Of a stretch of DNA of 29,499 nt, positions 18,636-27,025 are shown piece by piece. The notes beneath the pieces were generated by a model that saw nothing but the letters and a program-made list of their open reading frames with translations, did no database searches and was not told the DNA's origin. The first letter of the stretch is position 1; every line of letters begins with the position of its first letter. The translations under genes and the position numbers were made by a program. This DNA comes from Candidatus Micrarchaeota archaeon. Lineage in GTDB: Archaea > Micrarchaeota > Micrarchaeia > CABMEP01. The DNA is taken from positions 1 through 29,499 of the forward strand of contig CAZJHL010000001.1 in assembly GCA_964545865.1 (NCBI GenBank), in the 5' to 3' direction.

Positions 18636-19118
18636 TTATCTTAAGCCTCTCATCTTCCTTCCTTGAGAAGTCAATCCTCTGAATACTCTTCCTTTCTGTA
18701 GGTTAAGGCCCGTCTTTTCAGGATTTGCGAGTATTACTTCATAGAACTTGTATTGGCCATCATCCCCAACAAAGTATGAGTTAAGGACTTCGAAGTTTCT
18801 GTATTTCTTTCCTGCTCTCTCCTCTGCAATTAGTTGGAGTGATTTGTGTCTTGCATAGAATTGACCTGTCTTTGAAGGCTTTCTTCCTCTCATATGGATG
18901 TATCTCTTTCTCTTTCCTCTCTCTACTCTCACTCTTGCTACCACAAATCCATCCTTTGCTTTATAGCCTAATGTCCTCGCTCTTGCAAGATTAGTAGGCT
19001 TTTCCACTCTAACTACTGGAGATTCCTTTCTCCATTGAGCTATTCTTGCCCTATATGCTGGGGACCTTTCCTTGTATTCTTTTCGGAATGTTTCCTGTAT
19101 CTGCTTATAAAGAGACAT
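18636..19118 (-). CDS. rpl15e: 50S ribosomal protein L15e (eL15)
   Basis: WRKESPVVRVEKPTNLARARTLGYKAKDG, AEERAG, LNSYFVGDDGQYKFYEVIL and FRGLTS. Confidence 0.96.
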   Translation of the reverse strand: MSLYKQIQETFRKEYKERSPAYRARIAQWRKESPVVRVEKPTNLARARTLGYKAKDGFVVARVRVERGKRKRYIHMRGRKPSKTGQFYARHKSLQLIAEERAGKKYRNFEVLNSYFVGDDGQYKFYEVILANPEKTGLNLQKGRVFRGLTSQGRKMRGLR

Positions 19119-19183
19119 AGTATCACTTTAACTAATTTAATAAGTCAAAACTTAAGTTAAGACTGTAAGATATATTAACTTAG

Positions 19184-19197
19184 AAAAAATATATAAA
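19184..19197 (+). promoter_or_regulatory. BRE/TATA-like element AAAAAATATATAAA
   Basis: In the divergent rpl15e / giant protein B intergenic region and identical to 16814-16827. A second TATA-like element, GAAAATATATTAA, follows near 19217-19229. Confidence 0.45.
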
Positions 19198-19260
19198 GCT
19201 TAATCCCTAGATGGCGGAAAATATATTAACCCCTTTTGTGTCTTATTTTTGCTGATTTTT

Positions 19261-22200
19261 ATGCATATGAAGGAGTATTCGCAGTTCTATAAAAGTAATG
19301 AAAAGATCAAAAGGCTTGTTAGAATCACTTTTGCATCCTTTCTTCTAGTCGAACCCCTAATCCTTCCATTGAATGCAAAAGAGGCAGATACAAAAGCATT
19401 TAAAAATCAAATGAATAATAGTATAAAGGTGGAAAGGATGGGTGATAAAGTGGCAACCGCACAAAAACAAAGAAGTCAGTTAGTAGAGGAGGCTAAACGT
19501 GACATATATGGATTAATAAACTCAACTGATAAAGACATGCTCTTAAGAACTTATAATTCAATTAAAGAAAAAAGAGAAAAAAACAAAGAATACAATGATG
19601 CTTACAAAGAAGCATGGATAGAAATCTCAAAAAATAAAAAATATGTAGATACGTTCAATGAAAAATGGCAGAAAGCAGAAAAGGCGTATAAAACACAAAG
19701 TGCTGCAGCGCAAAATCTTATTGAAAGCTTAAGAAAAGTCTTTCCTAATGCACAAACTATAGAGGTTACTATGAGTGGAACGGGTATAACCACTGCGAAA
19801 GAAAAGCAGAGTGCGTTTGATGCTTATTTGAAAGTAACAGATAAAAACGGAAATGCGATTTGGGGTGGGATTAAATTTAAACGTGATAATAATTATGGGA
19901 TTTCTTATGAATATCTTGGCAAAACAGAAGTGACAAAAGAAGGAATAAATGAAATGGAAATTTGGATAAAAGATGGGATTGCAAAATTAAATAAATGGGA
20001 AGACGCGAAAACAAGGTTTGCGCAATTCAGAGGATATTGGCTTGAACCTAATGAAAAAGCATATGTTTTCGTAAGTGGAGAAACGGGCACTTACTCATAT
20101 ACAAAATTCAAAAAGGAATCTGATAATAGCATTACGTTGATAATATCTGGTTCAGCTTCGACTTCAAATATTACATATGAAAAAATGAAAAGGGAGGAGA
20201 CATTTTACAAGTATAGTGGAAAGATCGAATCTACGATACCAGTTATAAATAAAATAAGCGAGATTAATGGAACACTCACTCAAAATCTTGAAATTCTTGG
20301 AGAACGAGAATTAATGCTGACTATTACTCCGAAAGGTGAAAAAACTAGAAATGAATTATACAAGGGAGGCAAAGTTAAAATTGGTGATACATATTTCTCA
20401 GTATCTGCGCCGTTTGTAGAAAAAAACCCAGATATGACTAATCCCCGAATGTACGTATTTGTTTATTATTTAGATGCAAACGGGAATCAAGTTAAATCTG
20501 AAAAAATTGAGGTTGAAAAAGAAATATCTTTATCTTTCTTAGATACATATTTTAATCTAAAAGTTTCACCTTCAAAGAAATCAATAGACAATGCAATCTC
20601 TTCATTATCTGATCAAACATATTATATAATTATAAATGAGACAAAAATACCCATTAATCCTTCAATTAACAAAGCAATTAATTACCAAGATAATAAAAGC
20701 AACTATACAGTTGAATTTAGTAGTGTAAACTTTAGCGGACCAATAATAAATGGAGAAATACAAAATATGACTGGAGATCTCAATATCACTGACAATGCAA
20801 CTGGCATCACGCAAAAACTGAAATTAAATATTGGTGTGCAAACTAATGTAAAATTTGGAAATAATATTCTAGACGTTAAAATAGAACAACCTGAATATAT
20901 ATCTATACTTAACAATGTGCGATATGAAAATATGAGAATTAATTTTAGGACAAACAAAATCGAGAATGACAAAAAAGAAATAGCATACCTTAACAATGCT
21001 TCTTGGGACGGCATAGTTAAATTTAAAGAAAAAGAGTTCAATCTCCAAGCTAAGGCGATTATGCTCTCAGAAGGTCCATTTGCAGAAAAGGAAGAAAAAC
21101 TAAAAGAAAAAGTGCCAAAGAGTAGAAAACAAGAGGAGCTCTTAAATGAAGAAACGGCACAGACGGGCGCAATAGGAACTTTGACTGGCTTATCTGTTCA
21201 AAACTTGATTGGTGTTTCATTCAACGCTACAAATTCAATAGGAAATGGTATTTGGGGTGTCTTATATGACCCAAGACCTTTGATAGAAAAAGGATATAGT
21301 GACAATGGTGATGCACTTAAACAAATAACTGCGAAATTTAAAACAGCTGGATGGAAGAGCCTCGGATTGACTGGTTTAACTGCTTATGAGCAAGAACAGC
21401 TATCAAAAGGAAATATAGGTGTAGAACAAATAAAAGATGTTACAGGTTATGGTCTTTGGTTATTGTTTGACACCTTTGCATTGCATGGTGAAGGAAGAAT
21501 AATTGACGAAAAGATCAAAAAGGAAATAATAAATATGATTGAGACCAAAGGTGACAGAACTGAATTTCTTTTCAGCACTTTCGATCCTAATAGAGAGGGA
21601 TTTCAGATACTTACAATTAAATACAACCAAGAAAGGAAGAAAGGGGAAGAGAATAAAAACTATATTGGCATACAAAAAACAGACTATACTACTTCGACCC
21701 AATATAAAATAAACGATATGAATAGATTAATTAATTCATTGTATGGTAAACTAGATTTAAATAGTATCAAGAGGAGTCAAGATGAAATTATGGTTGGAAA
21801 TCCAACAAGTATAAAGCAACTTACAGAGTTTAGTTATAAGAGATGGAACCCTACAATCGGAATTGGAACCCCGTTTGGTGCTTATGAAGTTGGACTGCAT
21901 TATGCGAATGGTACTGAAATAAAAACTATTGAAAGTTCCGAACTGACAACTAATAGAACTGAGATAAAGGAAATAGGCCAGAATTTAATTTTTAAAGGAA
22001 TTCCGTTATTTGGAATGGAGATTAACGGCACGTACGAAAAAAGAAGAACGGATAGCTTAACTAAAAATAACAATATACTAAATTTATTTTCAACTAACAA
22101 CTATGAAATTATTGAAATTCAGCCATTAGCTAAACTTGGTTTAGATGCATATGCGTATCTTACAGTTCGACAGAGATTGGATTCTTCTGAGATTAACTCT

Positions 22201-22506
22201 TTGGAAAAAGGAGATGTAAAAAGAACAAAAACGATTTCCAAGGAGATAAGACCTGGTTTTAGAAATAAATGGATGGAATTAAATATATTCTACATATTGA
22301 GCGATCAAGAAACATTCAGCAAAACAATTTCTAATTTAGAAAAGATGAAAAACGAGCAGAAACAATGGGGGGTTAACGCGTTTGGAAAAGCCAGCGAAAA
22401 TTTAACGTTCAACCTTTCTTATTACAGGACATGGAATTCACTCGTAGGAACTACATGGGGCATAAATGCTAGAATTGGGTTGAAATTTGACTTAAGTACA
22501 AAATAA
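19261..22506 (+). CDS. Giant hypothetical protein B (about 1081 aa): signal-like leader and beta-rich C-terminal domain
   Basis: Long ORF. Start moved to the ATG at 19261 because MHMKE aligns with MRLKE of protein A. Confidence 0.8.
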   Translation: MHMKEYSQFYKSNEKIKRLVRITFASFLLVEPLILPLNAKEADTKAFKNQMNNSIKVERMGDKVATAQKQRSQLVEEAKRDIYGLINSTDKDMLLRTYNSIKEKREKNKEYNDAYKEAWIEISKNKKYVDTFNEKWQKAEKAYKTQSAAAQNLIESLRKVFPNAQTIEVTMSGTGITTAKEKQSAFDAYLKVTDKNGNAIWGGIKFKRDNNYGISYEYLGKTEVTKEGINEMEIWIKDGIAKLNKWEDAKTRFAQFRGYWLEPNEKAYVFVSGETGTYSYTKFKKESDNSITLIISGSASTSNITYEKMKREETFYKYSGKIESTIPVINKISEINGTLTQNLEILGERELMLTITPKGEKTRNELYKGGKVKIGDTYFSVSAPFVEKNPDMTNPRMYVFVYYLDANGNQVKSEKIEVEKEISLSFLDTYFNLKVSPSKKSIDNAISSLSDQTYYIIINETKIPINPSINKAINYQDNKSNYTVEFSSVNFSGPIINGEIQNMTGDLNITDNATGITQKLKLNIGVQTNVKFGNNILDVKIEQPEYISILNNVRYENMRINFRTNKIENDKKEIAYLNNASWDGIVKFKEKEFNLQAKAIMLSEGPFAEKEEKLKEKVPKSRKQEELLNEETAQTGAIGTLTGLSVQNLIGVSFNATNSIGNGIWGVLYDPRPLIEKGYSDNGDALKQITAKFKTAGWKSLGLTGLTAYEQEQLSKGNIGVEQIKDVTGYGLWLLFDTFALHGEGRIIDEKIKKEIINMIETKGDRTEFLFSTFDPNREGFQILTIKYNQERKKGEENKNYIGIQKTDYTTSTQYKINDMNRLINSLYGKLDLNSIKRSQDEIMVGNPTSIKQLTEFSYKRWNPTIGIGTPFGAYEVGLHYANGTEIKTIESSELTTNRTEIKEIGQNLIFKGIPLFGMEINGTYEKRRTDSLTKNNNILNLFSTNNYEIIEIQPLAKLGLDAYAYLTVRQRLDSSEINSLEKGDVKRTKTISKEIRPGFRNKWMELNIFYILSDQETFSKTISNLEKMKNEQKQWGVNAFGKASENLTFNLSYYRTWNSLVGTTWGINARIGLKFDLSTK

Positions 22507-22561
22507 TCTGAAAGATGAAAAAAGTTATGTTTGATTATTTTTTTTAGTCAAGATATTAGTA

Positions 22562-24229
22562 TTATGCTCTGAGTAATCCATTTGATATTAATTTTTGTAT
22601 AATTTCTTGTTCAGATTTACCTTTCAATTCATCGATGTGTTTTAAAATGGAATTTCCAACTACCTCTAATGAAGCCTCTATCATACCCTCATTATTAACA
22701 ACCTTAAAATAAGTTTCTAAACCTTCTGATTTTATTAATATTCTATTTGGAAGTAATAACTTTACTAATTGTTCTAATTCAGCTACTTGCGAGTTTATCT
22801 CTCTGTTTAAAAGTTTGAAATTTCTTGGTTCCATAGAAGTTTTTTTCTGTTCTCTGTAATTATTGAGAGCACTAATAATATTCTGCGCTGTGATTTTGGT
22901 TTCCTCGGTATATGTAAGTTTCTTTTGCTCTTGTTGGATTGGCTTAACTTCCATCTTTTTATTTTCAATTTGGTTGCTTTCTTTTGACTCCTTTTCTTCT
23001 GATACTTCTTCTATTTTTACCTTCCATTTGGTTGTTCCTTCTATATGTTTTGGATAATCTTGGGTAAATCTATATTTTTTGCCTGTATTTTCAGTGATAT
23101 TATTTATTGTAGATAGAAATTCATCTTTTATCTTATCAAAGGCAGCATAGTTGTATTCTACTTCTTGCCCTTCGACCAATACCTCGATTTTATATTTTGA
23201 CTTTGGATTGTTCTTATTTATGGGTTGGTTGAAGTTTACAATATTATTTCCTGTACCTAATTCTACTTTATTCTTGTAAACAAATCCAAGAGGTCTTTCT
23301 TTATTTTCATTTTCAATATTTTTTTGCTCTAGCTTAACTGCATACCATATTTTTCCATCAGATTTATCTATTCTTTTTGGATATCCATTTGAATATGTAA
23401 ATTGTATATTATAATTTTTGACTGCGTCGTTTATTTTATCCAATAACTCAGCACTTCGTTTCTTATTCGAATTCTTGACGTTCTGGCTCAAATCTGCTTG
23501 AAATTCTACCTCTACTAGTTCATTCACTAATTTTTGTATTTTGTAAGACGACTCGTCCTTTTCATCTGCTTTTTTGTTGAAATTTATACTGTCAACCATA
23601 ATCTGTTGCTTGATAATAAATTCTGATACGTTTGTTTCCTTTTTTTGCTCATCGGCTTTTAATTTTTGTTTTTCACCAATTTCTTCTCTTTGATTATTTT
23701 TATCATCCGTATACTTCTCCTTTAAATCTGATATTTGTTCACCTACATTATCTATTTTTTTCTTTATTGCCTTTAAATTTATGTCGAATACCTGCAAAGA
23801 CGATTTAGGTTTTACATCGCTACTTGGAATTTCAACTTCTTTCCCTATATAAACATAGTCAAAAAAAGCTTTAATGTCATTTTTAGCTTCAAATTGATTC
23901 TTCCAAACTTTAACATACTCATGATCTTCAGGTAGGGCTTCGGCCTTAAATTCGTAACCTAATCTTTCAAAAACAGACTCAAGAATTTTTATTTCTTCTT
24001 CATTAAGAACTAGGATCATGCCTTCCACATTGATATCTGGTTTCTTTTGTTTTTCCAGTATTTCTTCTATTTTATTCTTTGTATCTTTTACATCCAATAT
24101 TTTTGTTTTATTTGGAATAAGATCTATTTGATCTAAGAATTTCTTCACGACCTCTTGTTCTCTTTTTGAAAATTTAGTCTTTTCCTCTTTTTTAATCGAA
24201 ATTTTGGCAACTTGAAACAATATAAACAT
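22562..24229 (-). CDS. Hypothetical charged protein with an internal domain duplication
   Basis: Long ORF. The likely start is the ATG at 24229 after GGGGTGAAGGG. Two related segments YKI..LV...EVE...DKI.D...FT...YPK.I...W..VK.E. Confidence 0.72.
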   Translation of the reverse strand: MFILFQVAKISIKKEEKTKFSKREQEVVKKFLDQIDLIPNKTKILDVKDTKNKIEEILEKQKKPDINVEGMILVLNEEEIKILESVFERLGYEFKAEALPEDHEYVKVWKNQFEAKNDIKAFFDYVYIGKEVEIPSSDVKPKSSLQVFDINLKAIKKKIDNVGEQISDLKEKYTDDKNNQREEIGEKQKLKADEQKKETNVSEFIIKQQIMVDSINFNKKADEKDESSYKIQKLVNELVEVEFQADLSQNVKNSNKKRSAELLDKINDAVKNYNIQFTYSNGYPKRIDKSDGKIWYAVKLEQKNIENENKERPLGFVYKNKVELGTGNNIVNFNQPINKNNPKSKYKIEVLVEGQEVEYNYAAFDKIKDEFLSTINNITENTGKKYRFTQDYPKHIEGTTKWKVKIEEVSEEKESKESNQIENKKMEVKPIQQEQKKLTYTEETKITAQNIISALNNYREQKKTSMEPRNFKLLNREINSQVAELEQLVKLLLPNRILIKSEGLETYFKVVNNEGMIEASLEVVGNSILKHIDELKGKSEQEIIQKLISNGLLRA

Positions 24230-24249
24230 CCCTTCACCCCATATAATCC

Positions 24250-25608
24250 TCATTTAATCTCTATATTAATGCTAGCTGGAGTCAATTGTGATAGTTTAAT
24301 TGCCTGATCAATAACACCCACTTTTTCTTCCATTATTTGTAACCCTTTACCATCAAGATATCTTTCTATTTCACTCTTTATTTTATTCTTTGAATTTGCA
24401 TATAAATTATACCGATCTGGATAAATTACTATCTGAACTACATCATCTTTTTCCACAATATAATAACTCTTACTGTCAATAAATATCTTTCTTCCAGCAG
24501 TATCCTTGTTTATGAATCTTGATTCTCCGAACTCTGGAGGCTTCCATATTATCTGTGGTATATCTTGAAGATTCCAGTCAAAATTTATTGAATCGAATGA
24601 GACATAGTAGCCGTTCTCGTCAAGCCAGACCTCGTTTCCATACTGGTCCTTTGAGAGGATTGCCCATTCGCCGTTTCTCATCCTTAGCTTTGTTCCAATC
24701 TCGATTTTTTCAAGCTCTAATTCTCCGGTCTTTAGTAATAGACCTATATCTTTCTTCCTAATCTCTGCATCCGTGCCTGTGATGTATCCACCTTTTCTCT
24801 TTAATGCGTAGAATGACCCTTCTCCTACGAAAAGACAGCCTGCTGTAGTTTGATTGTAAAGGTCGTCCAGTATTCCTGCCTCGCTCCCGAGAGGCGCTTC
24901 CCCTATGAAGCCAGGGTATATGTAGGAACGGAAATGCAGTTTTTCAGTGCCTTTAAATGGGATTTTAGCTGAACCCATCAGATTGAAAATGCTCCAAGGA
25001 TGCGGAGAAGTTGAAGATGAAAAGGAATTTGGATATACTTGTCTCAGTTCTGAAAAGCCTTTCCTTCCGGGAGGTATGACCCAGCCTCCTTTTTCTAATT
25101 TTCCTAATTCAAATGTACCAGTCCTTAATGGAATAGAAATAGAAGCTCCCGAAAGGATAGTCGCGTCCTCTACTTCGCCATTGTTTACTTTTGCCAAAAT
25201 CCCAATATTCGGATTCGCATAAAGCTCATATCCTTTTCCAGTCAGTTTTTTATCCTTTATTGCATCGTCCACGAAACTTTGAAGTATATCTTTAGGTGGT
25301 GAAAAGTAGTTTATCTCTCTCGCATAGCTCTTCCCCACATAAAGCATTGGTTTTTTGTTCTCTTCTCCTATCCTGAAAACAATCTGATAGCCGTTATTTC
25401 TGATGAAATCGTAGATTTCATTTATGAGTTTCTTCTTAAAATCATCGTTTGTTATATTTATCGGTATTTTGAAAAATGAACCCTTAGCCTCCTTCAGGTC
25501 TTCGATAGAAAATTTCATCACTTCTTTCTCTGCTATTTCTTTTATTTTTTCTAGTATTTCATCGATTTCCTTTTTTTCGTTCTGAACTTCTTTTAATATA
25601 GGTGGCAT
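24250..25608 (-). CDS. Hypothetical protein, possible L,D-transpeptidase-like (YkuD/DUF5675/Tlde1-type) catalytic domain
   Basis: 452-aa ORF with the motifs IPLRTGTF, LHF and TTAGCLFVG in order. The family call is tentative. Confidence 0.45.
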   Translation of the reverse strand: MPPILKEVQNEKKEIDEILEKIKEIAEKEVMKFSIEDLKEAKGSFFKIPINITNDDFKKKLINEIYDFIRNNGYQIVFRIGEENKKPMLYVGKSYAREINYFSPPKDILQSFVDDAIKDKKLTGKGYELYANPNIGILAKVNNGEVEDATILSGASISIPLRTGTFELGKLEKGGWVIPPGRKGFSELRQVYPNSFSSSTSPHPWSIFNLMGSAKIPFKGTEKLHFRSYIYPGFIGEAPLGSEAGILDDLYNQTTAGCLFVGEGSFYALKRKGGYITGTDAEIRKKDIGLLLKTGELELEKIEIGTKLRMRNGEWAILSKDQYGNEVWLDENGYYVSFDSINFDWNLQDIPQIIWKPPEFGESRFINKDTAGRKIFIDSKSYYIVEKDDVVQIVIYPDRYNLYANSKNKIKSEIERYLDGKGLQIMEEKVGVIDQAIKLSQLTPASINIEIK

Positions 25609-25668
25609 AAGGTATCACTTTGCCTTAATACATTTGCTAAACTATTAACGTTTTTTGGATTTAAATTC

Positions 25669-26970
25669 CTATTCTTTTTTATATGTTATGTATCTTTTTT
25701 CTCCTTCCTTTTCCTTGCATACTGCTAGATACGCCTCATCAAGTGGGAAAGATGTGTAATAAGCATAATTTAATATCTCTGGCTTTTGGTTGTAATACTT
25801 ATATTTGCATCCTGTTCTTTCAAAGGAGGCTTGCGTGCCTTCTTCTATGAATATAGGAACGTGCAAGTTTCTTCCTATTCCGAAATTAATGTTTACCTCG
25901 TCCTCAACTTTTCCAGTTCCTGCAACCTCTACTGGAACCCATTCGCCATCGTAGAATTCAACCCACATATGCCTAACGAATCTGGTGTCGTTTTCCTTAG
26001 CTAGAAAGCCTTCAACATATCTTGAAGGAATTCCTGCGGACCTGAGAAGGGAGATGTAAAGGTAGCTAAGCTCATCACAATCTCCCTTTCTTGATTCCAT
26101 CATCTCAGATGGAGACTGGACGTACTCGTCCACCCCTCCCTGGTTGAAATAGGAAGTATTGGTTTTAAGCCAGATAAAGATCTCCTTTGCTATATCCCAT
26201 ACGTTGCTACTGTTTGCTCTTTTCTTTGCTTCTTCAGCCACTATTTTTATCCTTTCATTGTTTGGATCTATAATCTTCCTTACCTTTCCTGTTGCAGGGT
26301 CGGTAATTGTTCTCTCCTGAAGATAGCCTTGCATTGAAGACAATTCCTCGATCGTGGATTCCTTCCTTTCGAAGATCCTTATTTCATTTGTTCCATTAAG
26401 TGTGACTAGAAAATGAAATCTGATTGAGTTGTATCTCTGGTTAAGATTGTCAATTGAAAGCCTTACCATTTTGTTCTGGCCTATGTAATAGGTATTCTTA
26501 TTTGTTCCATCAAAGGAAACATTTAACATGGAGCCTTCAGGATATGGCAGGTCGCAAGTCAGATTCGTGCGATACAGGGTTCCGTTGTATCCGTACCTAA
26601 CCAGGTAATTTCTTTTCAAAGGAACCTCGTAATACAAGCAGTCTTTGACAAGAGTAAAGTTCCAATCATAGCTTCCAGGATAAAAAACGAATGAAAAGTT
26701 ATAGTCCTTATAACCTTCCTTTGTTATCCTTATCTTGTAGCTTCCTTGTGTGAGGTTTGAAAACATATACATTCCATTCTCATCGCTGTATGTGAAGTAT
26801 GTCTTATTAGAGATCATCTCTATCCTTGCGTTTGGAATCGGATCTCCATTTGCTGATTTTATTGTGCCGTTTAGCCCAAAAGTGGTCGGCTCTAAGAACA
26901 TCTCTTCTACTCCAATGCATCCAAATATGAAGAAAGATGAAATCATAATTAAAAAGGCTAGCAATCTCAT
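25669..26970 (-). CDS. Predicted lipoprotein: carboxypeptidase-regulatory-like Ig domain plus transglutaminase-like (Cys-His) domain
   Basis: Lipobox-like FIFGC; NGTIKSANGDPIPNARI...YTYSDENGMYMFSNLTQGSYKIRITKEGY; KGDCDE...LLRSAGIPSRYVEG...HMWVEFY...WVPVEV. Start at the ATG at 26970. Confidence 0.85.
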   Translation of the reverse strand: MRLLAFLIMISSFFIFGCIGVEEMFLEPTTFGLNGTIKSANGDPIPNARIEMISNKTYFTYSDENGMYMFSNLTQGSYKIRITKEGYKDYNFSFVFYPGSYDWNFTLVKDCLYYEVPLKRNYLVRYGYNGTLYRTNLTCDLPYPEGSMLNVSFDGTNKNTYYIGQNKMVRLSIDNLNQRYNSIRFHFLVTLNGTNEIRIFERKESTIEELSSMQGYLQERTITDPATGKVRKIIDPNNERIKIVAEEAKKRANSSNVWDIAKEIFIWLKTNTSYFNQGGVDEYVQSPSEMMESRKGDCDELSYLYISLLRSAGIPSRYVEGFLAKENDTRFVRHMWVEFYDGEWVPVEVAGTGKVEDEVNINFGIGRNLHVPIFIEEGTQASFERTGCKYKYYNQKPEILNYAYYTSFPLDEAYLAVCKEKEGEKRYITYKKE

Positions 26971-26992
26971 ACCTAATAATTTATTGATATAC

Positions 26993-27000
26993 TTTATAAA
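26993..27000. promoter_or_regulatory. Palindromic TATA box TTTATAAA, probably bidirectional
   Basis: The tRNA-Thr 5' end is 26 nt beyond one edge of the box and the ATG at 26970 on the minus strand is 23 nt beyond the other. Confidence 0.55.
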
Positions 27001-27025
27001 CATAATCTGAAAATATAATATTAAA

